Part shown: piece by piece, positions 48,187 through 57,104 of the stretch
Position numbering within the stretch: the first letter of the stretch is position 1
How the letters are laid out: every line of letters starts with the position of its first letter
From: an uncultured Ohtaekwangia sp.
Lineage (GTDB): Bacteria; Bacteroidota; Bacteroidia; Cytophagales; Cyclobacteriaceae
Assembly (NCBI GenBank): GCA_964510765.1
Contig: CAZECP010000011.1
Location: 2,519-66,518, forward strand
Direction of reading: 5' to 3'
Length of the DNA stretch: 64,000 bases
The notes under the pieces: model-generated
Told to the model about the DNA's origin: nothing
Databases searched by the model: none
What the model saw: the letters and a program-made list of their open reading frames with translations, nothing else
Position numbers and translations under genes: made by a program

Positions 48187-49077
48187 ATGAAAAAAATAAT
48201 ACCCATCGTTCTCTTCATTGCAGTTCTGTCAGAAGCAAGAGCGCAACAAGACCCGCTGTATTCGCAATACTTTAACAATCCGATGCTGATCAACCCGGCC
48301 TTTGCGGGAAGTTTTGAAAGACTGTATGCAGGCTTAGGTTATCGTAGCCAATGGTCGGGTATGGATGGTGCACCTACATCATTTAACTTCAATAGTCACC
48401 TATCATTGATGGAGAACAAAGTCGGAGTGGGTGCCTTGATCGTCCAGGACAAACTTGGAGATACAAAGAATACGCAGTTTGGCGCAGCCATTTCTTATCG
48501 CATTAAGTTAACCAACTCCACCTTTTCGTTCGGCATGTTACCAAGCTTCACACAGTATGCTACGGACGGAAACGTTTTGGTTTTAAATCCTGACAGATTA
48601 TTTGGAACATATACTGTGACGAGTTTCAATATAGGAGCGGGGGCATTATTGCAAAATGAAAGATACACTATAAGTTTTTCAGTGCCCCGCCTACTGGCAA
48701 ATACAGCCAACCTTGACGGAATCAATGTGCAAACCTACAGTCAGAATTTTTATTTGTACGGATCGTATAACATCAACCTGAATGAACGGATTCAATTTCG
48801 TCCATCTGTTTTACTAAGGGCAACCGGAGGTACGCCTGTATCAGCCGATGTGAACGCGAATTTGGTCTTCAGCCAAAAATACATGGCTGGATTGTTCACG
48901 CGAAATGTAAACACGTATGGCGTACTAGTGCAAGCGGTGATGGACAAGTACAGGCTGGGGTATATTTTTGAAGTTCCCGGAAAGAGTTCTGCTTTGAATT
49001 TCAACACACATGAAGTGAGCCTGGCTATTTCGCTGGATATACTGCACGATCACAACCATTCGAAAACTGGATTTTAA
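48187..49077 (+). CDS. PorP/SprF-family type IX secretion system membrane protein
   Basis: Signal peptide plus 'QQDPLYSQYFNNPMLINPAFAG' and 'YRSQWSGMDGAPTS', the PorP/SprF N-terminal signature. It begins 37 nt after the type-B CTD gene. Confidence 0.9.
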   Translation: MKKIIPIVLFIAVLSEARAQQDPLYSQYFNNPMLINPAFAGSFERLYAGLGYRSQWSGMDGAPTSFNFNSHLSLMENKVGVGALIVQDKLGDTKNTQFGAAISYRIKLTNSTFSFGMLPSFTQYATDGNVLVLNPDRLFGTYTVTSFNIGAGALLQNERYTISFSVPRLLANTANLDGINVQTYSQNFYLYGSYNINLNERIQFRPSVLLRATGGTPVSADVNANLVFSQKYMAGLFTRNVNTYGVLVQAVMDKYRLGYIFEVPGKSSALNFNTHEVSLAISLDILHDHNHSKTGF

Positions 49078-49083
49078 AAAAAA

Positions 49084-50364
49084 CTAACCAATGGGTATCT
49101 CCATTTTAAAAGAGGTACCCACTTTTGGCGTGGAGCTTACTTCAATTTTTCCATTGAGTTTTTCCAATGTTTCTTTCACGATATAAAGACCAAGGCCGGA
49201 GCCTTGTGATTGCTCTGAGGCGCGAAAGAACATTTCAAAAATCCGTGGCAAGTGATCTGCATTAATGCCAAGCCCATTGTCTTCAATGACAACTTTTAAG
49301 ACCTGGTGTTCAGGCTTGGCGGTAATCGTAACTACTTGTTCCGGCTTGGAGGCATCATTGTATTTGAATGCATTTCCAATCACATTATAAAGAATCGTTT
49401 TCAACCGCATTCGATCGGTAACTACTTCCAAATCTTTTTGAATGTTGTATTGAATAAAAAGATTTTCCATTCCTGTTCCGAACTTCAAACCATCAGCAAC
49501 TTCCTGGATAAGATCAAAGAAATTGAACTTCTCTTTCTTGATCTCAAGCCGGGTATTTCGCGAGTAGTCAATTATTTCTTTGATAAAATCATCAAGATCT
49601 GCCACACTGCTTCGCATCAATTTTAAACAATGTTTGATTTCTTCTGGATCAGCGCTTAGCTGAGCAATTTCTATCAAGCCAAGTAATGAACTGAGAGGTG
49701 CGCGCAAATCGTGTGAGGCACTATAAACAAACCGATCCAGTTCCTGGTTGGTTTTGGAGAGCAACTGGTTATTGACTGAAAGTTGTTTTTCGGATTTAAA
49801 ATTTATTTCAAGAACAAAGTATACAAGTAACACGGTGATAAGAATCGGAACACCGAAATTGATCACGAAAGCGATGCCGATATAGTTTTCAGAGTAGGGC
49901 GCTTTTGGGATGATGTTGGGTGGGTTGAGCCCGTAAGCAATAAAAAAGAGAATAGTCGCGAGCACACAGAAGAGAATCCCCGTTTTCAAATTCTCATATC
50001 CAAAAAGTATGAGTGCAATCACTGCGTACACAATAAAGTAAGTATGTACTCCTGTGTGATTAATGTCGTTAATAGCAAATGAAAAAATCAAAAAACCGGT
50101 GGTAGAGAGATAAATAATATTTGCCAATTTATATTTCCCCTTTCGGTTGAACCACAAAACGATCAGTGAAACAAATATGAGAACCGCGTAAAAAGGGAGA
50201 TTCACGAAGAGGTTATTTTTCACATCCACAAAAATGTAGGTGAACCCAACCAGCATAGAAAGCAAACTCAGTTGGCCACGCAGCACAGCTCTTTTGTAAG
50301 CATTTTGTGAATGCAAAGTCCCTTCGCCAAGCAATAATCTTAAAAATACAGATCGTTGAGCCAT
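49084..50364 (-). CDS. Membrane-bound sensor histidine kinase (HisKA plus HATPase_c), orphan
   Basis: H-box 'SASHDLRAPLSSLLG', 'DNGLGI' and 'GSGLGLYIV'. The N-terminal half has multiple TM helices. The start is uncertain. ATG 50364 (MAQRSVF) avoids overlap with the divergent USP gene; the track start is 50478. Confidence 0.8.
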   Translation of the reverse strand: MAQRSVFLRLLLGEGTLHSQNAYKRAVLRGQLSLLSMLVGFTYIFVDVKNNLFVNLPFYAVLIFVSLIVLWFNRKGKYKLANIIYLSTTGFLIFSFAINDINHTGVHTYFIVYAVIALILFGYENLKTGILFCVLATILFFIAYGLNPPNIIPKAPYSENYIGIAFVINFGVPILITVLLVYFVLEINFKSEKQLSVNNQLLSKTNQELDRFVYSASHDLRAPLSSLLGLIEIAQLSADPEEIKHCLKLMRSSVADLDDFIKEIIDYSRNTRLEIKKEKFNFFDLIQEVADGLKFGTGMENLFIQYNIQKDLEVVTDRMRLKTILYNVIGNAFKYNDASKPEQVVTITAKPEHQVLKVVIEDNGLGINADHLPRIFEMFFRASEQSQGSGLGLYIVKETLEKLNGKIEVSSTPKVGTSFKMEIPIG

Positions 50365-50428
50365 GCCAAGAACAAAGATATTTCCTTCGGCATGATGTAC
50401 AACCAGATTTCGCTTACTATTTTCGGTT

Positions 50429-51283
50429 GTGAATATTTCTTTTCGAAAAGTAGGATTGGCGGTCGCATTTTCGCCCACAGCACAAGCATTGGTGGCTGAA
50501 GCTAATCGACTGTCTGCGCTTTTTTCTGCAGAGTTGATTTTGATACATGTGGGTGTTCAATCATCTGAAACGGAAGCAAAGATGAATACGGTTTTGAAGG
50601 CGGTGCCAGGTGTTCATGTATCGAAAATCCTATGGAGGGTTGGCAATCCCGTGAAAGAGATTTTGAAAGCTTGTAAAGAAGAGAAGATCGATTTGCTGGT
50701 GGCAGGTGCTTTGAGAAAAGAAAACCTGATGCAGCGATATATCGGAACAGTGGCGCGGGAGATCATGCGAAAGGCCGAGTGCTCCGTTTACATGGTGAAC
50801 AACCCAAGTGCAGAGCCACAGCCTGCAAAACAAATCGTGGTGAATGCAGAAGACAGCTTGCACATTCGCCAATCAATTGTGATTGCCTGTGAGATCGCAA
50901 AACTTGAAAATGCAAATTGGGTGCACATTGTGAGAGAACTAAAGTTGCTTGGACTGGCATTGTCTGCAAAGGAAGGATGCACCGAGCAGGAATATAATGA
51001 GAGCAAACAAGAGATGGTTCGCGAAGAAATTACCAACGTTGAAAAAATCCTGAGTACCATTCCGCACGAGAAGACGAAGATCAATATCAAAATCATTTCG
51101 GGTAAATCCGGTTTTGAACTCTGCAGGTTTGCCCAAAAGAAACATGCCGACCTGCTTGTTGTAGGCGCACCGCGAAGAAGATATTTTTTGTTTGACCGCG
51201 TTTTTCCGCACGATCTCGAATATGTATTTGCTGATTTGCCTTGCAACTTATTGATGATAAATTCTAATCCCAAAAACTCATGA
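50429..51283 (+). CDS. Universal stress protein with tandem UspA domains
   Basis: 284 aa with a GTG start. 'KVGLAVAFSP' and two USP halves ('LLVAGA', 'LLVVGAPRR'). Confidence 0.75.
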   Translation: MNISFRKVGLAVAFSPTAQALVAEANRLSALFSAELILIHVGVQSSETEAKMNTVLKAVPGVHVSKILWRVGNPVKEILKACKEEKIDLLVAGALRKENLMQRYIGTVAREIMRKAECSVYMVNNPSAEPQPAKQIVVNAEDSLHIRQSIVIACEIAKLENANWVHIVRELKLLGLALSAKEGCTEQEYNESKQEMVREEITNVEKILSTIPHEKTKINIKIISGKSGFELCRFAQKKHADLLVVGAPRRRYFLFDRVFPHDLEYVFADLPCNLLMINSNPKNS

Positions 51284-52509
51284 GTAAGCTCGGCCAACAT
51301 GAAATAATGAACTTGTTGATTCAGCTGGGAGTCATGTTGTTGGCAGGAAGAATATTTTCTGAATTGTTTCGGAAGATAAAGCAGCCTGCTGTGGTTGGTG
51401 AAATTATTGCAGGTATTATTCTTGGACCTACTTTTTTAGGCATGTTATATCCCGAGGGGTTTCACTTTCTTTTTCCACCCGGCCCATCGTGGTTAATGCT
51501 AGATGGTTTTGTACAAGTGTCCGTTGTGTTGCTGCTGTTTATTGCAGGTCTTGAGGTTGATTTACACATCGTGCTGCAGCAAGGCAGGCAGGCAGTTTAC
51601 ACTTCTTTCTTTGGGTTAGTAATCCCATTTTTGCTTGGCTTTGTGTTTCCTTACCTGTTTCCATCTTTTTTTGGAAATGAAGACGACTCTATTCGTTTAG
51701 CTTACAGCTTGTTCATGGGTGCATCCATGGCCATCACTGCCTTGCCTGTTATTGCGCGCATCCTCATGGACTTAAATATCTTCAAATCGAAAATGGGGAT
51801 GCTGGTAATTTCTTCAGCCATGATTAATGACATTGTTGGATGGTTGATTTTTTCAGTTGTGTTGGGTATGATTGGCAAGAGCAGCGGAAATATTTCGCTT
51901 TGGAATACAGTATTGGCCACCGTTGCCTTTACGGTCATTGCATTAACCATTGGCCGAGGGTTGGTCAATCGGATCATGCCCTGGATTAACCAGAAACTTG
52001 CGTGGCCGGGTGGATTGTTGTCTCTATCATTGGCAATTTGTTTTCTTGCTGCCGCACTTACAGAATATATCGGCATACACGCCATCTTCGGAGCGTTTCT
52101 GATTGGAATTGCTTTTGGTGACTCGGAGCATTTGAGTGAACGCGCAAAAGAAATTCTACATCAGTTTATCAATAATATTTTTGCGCCACTTTTTTTTGTG
52201 GCAATTGGCTTGAAAGTAAATTTCACGGCCAACTTCGACTTAACACTGACAGTTGCCATTTTAGCAATCGCCTTTGCCGGAAAGATCATCGGAAGTGGAC
52301 TGGGCACGCGCCTCGGTGGTTTCACATGGCGTGAGTCATTGGCAGCAGCTTGCGGCATGAACGCGCGCGGAGCCATGGAAATAATTTTGGGTTTGGTAGC
52401 TCTTGAAAATAAGCTGATCAATGAGAAGGTATTCGTATCACTTGTTATAATGGCACTTATTACAAGTATGACCAGCGGACCGTTGATGAAGAGCTTGCTA
52501 AAAAAATAG
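51280..52509 (+). CDS. Cation:proton antiporter (CPA2 / Kef-type Na+/H+ exchanger family)
   Basis: 409 aa with about 11-12 TM helices. 'QPAVVGEIIAGIILGP' is the typical CPA2 N-terminal motif. It has an ATGA overlap with the USP gene. Confidence 0.85.
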   Translation: MSKLGQHEIMNLLIQLGVMLLAGRIFSELFRKIKQPAVVGEIIAGIILGPTFLGMLYPEGFHFLFPPGPSWLMLDGFVQVSVVLLLFIAGLEVDLHIVLQQGRQAVYTSFFGLVIPFLLGFVFPYLFPSFFGNEDDSIRLAYSLFMGASMAITALPVIARILMDLNIFKSKMGMLVISSAMINDIVGWLIFSVVLGMIGKSSGNISLWNTVLATVAFTVIALTIGRGLVNRIMPWINQKLAWPGGLLSLSLAICFLAAALTEYIGIHAIFGAFLIGIAFGDSEHLSERAKEILHQFINNIFAPLFFVAIGLKVNFTANFDLTLTVAILAIAFAGKIIGSGLGTRLGGFTWRESLAAACGMNARGAMEIILGLVALENKLINEKVFVSLVIMALITSMTSGPLMKSLLKK

Positions 52510-52510
52510 A

Positions 52511-54142
<1,632 letters not shown>

Positions 54143-54283
54143 TCAAATGAGCCGCAAAAGTACGAAAGCGGCAGCTAAATTTTTAGATGACTGTGAAACT
54201 TTCTGTAGCAGTTGAAGATATGCCCTTAATTCAAATGGTTGCAAGCGATTATTTGCGCTTTGATTTTTCTGAATCTATCTAAT

Positions 54284-54448
54284 CCGCACGGCCCGATTTT
54301 GTTTGCTTTTGGATAAGGCGCAGTCGTGCGGTTGAAGGTTCGTGGCCACAGGCCACGAACAACATTTCGCAGAAATCGCGGAGCGATTTCTGCCTTATTC
54401 ATGCGCGAGCACTCATTTGAAAGAGAGACATGCGATTGGTCGCGCATG
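54284..54448. other. Highly structured non-coding segment with four consecutive inverted repeats; a candidate sRNA or leader element
   Basis: Four inverted repeats, all read directly. (1) CCGCACG (54284-90) / CGTGCGG (54325-31). (2) GTTCGTGGCC-aca-GGCCACGAAC (54338-60). (3) GCAGAAATCGC-gga-GCGATTTCTGC (54369-93). (4) CATGCGCGA (54400-08) / TCGCGCATG (54440-48). Confidence 0.4.
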
Positions 54449-54660
54449 TTAGACAAGTTTTGAAAAAAGCCCTCTGGCATCAATTGCCTATTGAACGGTA
54501 ACTCCTTGCAACTAGCCGAAAGGCCAGCTTGAAATTATCCATCACTGAGAAGATAGAACAATCAACCCGCTACTAAAAATTTATTTCCACTATATTAGAC
54601 GCACCCAAACTCTCTTCAAAGGTATGATTCGATGTGTGATTTCAGAAAAGCTTTGTCGAT

Positions 54661-55293
54661 ATGAGCCTTTTGATAGTTGACGATCAGCAACTGCCACGCA
54701 AAGCATTTGTGCGAATGCTGGAGCAAATCATTTTACCTAAGCCTGTTTGCATGCAATGTGGAAACGGAAAAGAAGCATTGATGGAATTGCAAAAGTCAGT
54801 ATTTGACATTGTCTTCCTTGATGTGAGTATGCCTGTGATGGATGGATACGATGCTTGCAAAATCATTCGAACCGAGTATCCTCAAACAGCCGTAATCATG
54901 CTTACGCAGTTTGACAAGGAGAGTTTGTTTATCCATTTCTTCAACCTTGGTGTTCATTCCATCCTCACAAAAGACATTGATCCAAGTGAAGTGTTGACTG
55001 CGATAGAAAAAATCAGAAACGGTGAAAAGTATTTTCCTTTGAAAATTCAGGAAGTAATTCAAAAACAGAGCACTCAACGTAATGGAGGCTCTCAATCCAT
55101 TGACTTGACTGTACAAGAAAAACGGATCATCCAACTTTTGAAAGATGGGCAGACCAGTAAAGAGATTGCACAAGTCTTAAATCTCACTCTTAACACAGTT
55201 AATACATATCGCGACAGGATTCTTGAAAAAACCAAATCGAAAAACGTTGCCGAACTCGTTGCCCTTGGATTTCAAATAGGAATTTTGAGGTAA
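54661..55293 (+). CDS. NarL/LuxR-family response regulator with no adjacent kinase
   Basis: Receiver domain ('LLIVDDQQ', 'DIVFLDVSMPVMDG') plus a LuxR HTH ('LTVQEKRIIQLLKDGQTSKEIA'). Confidence 0.85.
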   Translation: MSLLIVDDQQLPRKAFVRMLEQIILPKPVCMQCGNGKEALMELQKSVFDIVFLDVSMPVMDGYDACKIIRTEYPQTAVIMLTQFDKESLFIHFFNLGVHSILTKDIDPSEVLTAIEKIRNGEKYFPLKIQEVIQKQSTQRNGGSQSIDLTVQEKRIIQLLKDGQTSKEIAQVLNLTLNTVNTYRDRILEKTKSKNVAELVALGFQIGILR

Positions 55294-55423
55294 TCAACCA
55301 ATGTCTGAAAAATCAGACGTTGACAGGCGCGAATCTTTTATTGACATTACCCTCACGTTTTGCAAAACAACTGTAGCCGGAGCAGAGTATCACCGGCAAA
55401 AAAAATATTTAAATTTTATTGTC

Positions 55424-55594
55424 ATGAAAAAAATCATTCTTTTCGTAGGAGCTGTAGTCATTGCCACCTGCACTTTCTTAACCACTCAAGCTTCAGTAGA
55501 TGGAGGCTGTGGTGTGTCTCAATGTGGAGGAGGAAATGATAAGTGCTGCTCACAAGATGGAGCCACTTATTACATTAAGGCTAAGCAGCAGTAA
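55424..55594 (+). CDS. 56-aa secreted Cys/Gly-rich peptide precursor
   Basis: The internal ATG of track ORF 55301..55594 gives MKKIILFVGAVVIATCTFLTTQA|SVDGGCGVSQCGGGNDKCCSQDGATYYIKAKQQ. This has a Sec-type signal with an A-x-A-like site (TQA). The predicted 33-aa mature part has the pattern C-x4-C-x6-CC. A hairpin follows the gene. Confidence 0.55.
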   Translation: MKKIILFVGAVVIATCTFLTTQASVDGGCGVSQCGGGNDKCCSQDGATYYIKAKQQ

Positions 55595-55601
55595 CTTAAA
55601 T

Positions 55602-55626
55602 AGAGGCTGTTTAAAAAACAGCCTCT
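55602..55626 (+). terminator. Stem-loop immediately after the peptide gene (possible terminator or attenuator)
   Basis: AGAGGCTGT-ttaaaaa-ACAGCCTCT is a 9-bp perfect stem, extendable to 11 bp. It starts 8 nt after the stop codon and has no strong T-run. Confidence 0.5.
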
Positions 55627-55671
55627 TACCTCCTTAAAATCCTTTATACAATAAAAAGAAAAAAATCAAAA

Positions 55672-56673
55672 ATGTTTCGAACCCTGCTTATCGGCTCACT
55701 CTTACTTGGGTTAATGCTGTTTTTTCTATTCATAAAAATGAGAAACGAGAAAGCCTCTATCTATAATAATCAATTCAGCAGAAATTATTCTCAGCATGAG
55801 GTGAGATTAAAGATAAAAAGGACAATCTATTATAAGGAAGATTTGAACAATCTTAAGGTTATAAACGGCAAGTATTACCTTGAAAAATTCGATTCACAAA
55901 ATATAGTTTGCATAGATAACAAAGGGAGTGAGCTGCATAGATGGGGTGGCTTAAATTCTGCCATTAAGGCCTCCTTCATAACAAGCTGGGATCTCAATGA
56001 GGGCGTTATTACTATAGTTGATGGACAGCTAAATAAAATATTCTGCTTAAGGGAAAAAGAAAATTCTTTGATTTCAGAAAAGAAATTAGAATTTAAAGTT
56101 ATCAGAGCAGCAAGGCTAAATAAAAACGAATACATAGTTAAAACGCCTGATCCAAAAGATACAGAAAATGAAACATTTAAGAAGATAAATTTAAAAACAT
56201 ACGAAACACACGACCTGACTTACCCATTGCCTAATGTTGAACATCCAGATTTTACTTTGGATGGATATTTCATTAATGGAGTAGGCAATGGTTTTCATAT
56301 TTGCTATAAAACCGGATTCTTTTTTGCCTTTGATTCCCTTGGCAATCATTTATATAATGCAGCCACGATCGATCAAACCCCGCCCCCACAAATAATAACT
56401 ACCGGTCGCGCTAAAAGATATCATCCCCTAACCATTCGCGTAAATCGGTCTGCATCCGCTGATGAGAATACTGTTTATATACTTTCTGGAAGAAAAGCAA
56501 TAAATGATCAGACGACTGGAGATGCTATTGATTGTTACTCTTCTTCAGACGGGCATTATAAAGAAAGTTTTAATCTCCCTTATTTCAAAGGGCTTGCTGC
56601 ATTTGACATTTTCAAAACTAAAAATGGGTTAGTAGCCTTATACCAAAATTACATCGTTGAATATTCTCTATGA
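55672..56673 (+). CDS. N-terminally membrane-anchored, beta-rich protein of unknown function, possibly beta-propeller-like
   Basis: 333 aa with a single N-terminal TM helix (LLIGSLLLGLMLFFLFI). The rest is hydrophilic with recurring short beta-strand-like segments (IVCIDNKG, ITIVDG, VYILSG, LVALYQNYIVEYSL). I recognise no family with confidence. Confidence 0.6.
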   Translation: MFRTLLIGSLLLGLMLFFLFIKMRNEKASIYNNQFSRNYSQHEVRLKIKRTIYYKEDLNNLKVINGKYYLEKFDSQNIVCIDNKGSELHRWGGLNSAIKASFITSWDLNEGVITIVDGQLNKIFCLREKENSLISEKKLEFKVIRAARLNKNEYIVKTPDPKDTENETFKKINLKTYETHDLTYPLPNVEHPDFTLDGYFINGVGNGFHICYKTGFFFAFDSLGNHLYNAATIDQTPPPQIITTGRAKRYHPLTIRVNRSASADENTVYILSGRKAINDQTTGDAIDCYSSSDGHYKESFNLPYFKGLAAFDIFKTKNGLVALYQNYIVEYSL

Positions 56674-57104
56674 AAAGTAAACTACAGCTAGCTGATATTA
56701 TAATTTTTCTTCTTGCCATACTTTTTATTTATGCAAGCTTATCGAAATTATTTATTCTCGAGGAATTCAGAAAACAGCTAAGACAGTCTCCGTTGATACC
56801 GGAAAGTATGATTGTTTTTATTTCCTATTTTATTCCATTTTCAGAACTGATAGTTACAATCCTTCTTTTTATTGATAAAACAAAAATAAAAGCTCTTTAT
56901 GGATCATTCTTTTTAATGTTCGCTTTTACTCTCTACTTATTGTTACTTATTTCAATAGACGAGACCCTACCTTGTTCTTGCGGAGGTATCTTAGGGAAAA
57001 TGGGTTATCATGCACATATTGTTTTCAATTTGATGTTCTGTATAATTATTTTAACAGGGATATGGTTAGAAAATAGAATTCCTAAACTAGGAAGCAATGA
57101 ATAA
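56670..57104 (+). CDS. MauE/DoxX-family redox-associated membrane protein
   Basis: 144 aa with 4 TM helices. 'IFLLAILFIYASLSKL', 'LRQSPLIP' and the motif 'LPCSCGGILGKMGYHAHIVFN' match the Bacteroidota MauE-like family from memory. It has an ATGA overlap with the upstream gene. Confidence 0.7.
   Translation: MKSKLQLADIIIFLLAILFIYASLSKLFILEEFRKQLRQSPLIPESMIVFISYFIPFSELIVTILLFIDKTKIKALYGSFFLMFAFTLYLLLLISIDETLPCSCGGILGKMGYHAHIVFNLMFCIIILTGIWLENRIPKLGSNE

Noticed and set aside
54226-54483. 85-aa ORF on the minus strand in the ABC-F / response-regulator intergenic region
   Set aside because: The reading frame runs straight through four perfect palindromes. Its composition is odd (Arg/Asn/Phe-rich, no recognisable domain) and neither neighbour gives it start context. 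It is more likely an artefact of a structured non-coding segment.
55301-55594. The 97-aa form of the small Cys-rich ORF
   Set aside because: The first 41 residues are hydrophilic and would bury a perfect signal peptide in the middle of the protein. The internal MKKIILF... start at 55424 gives a canonical secreted precursor. The long form cannot be excluded without TSS data.
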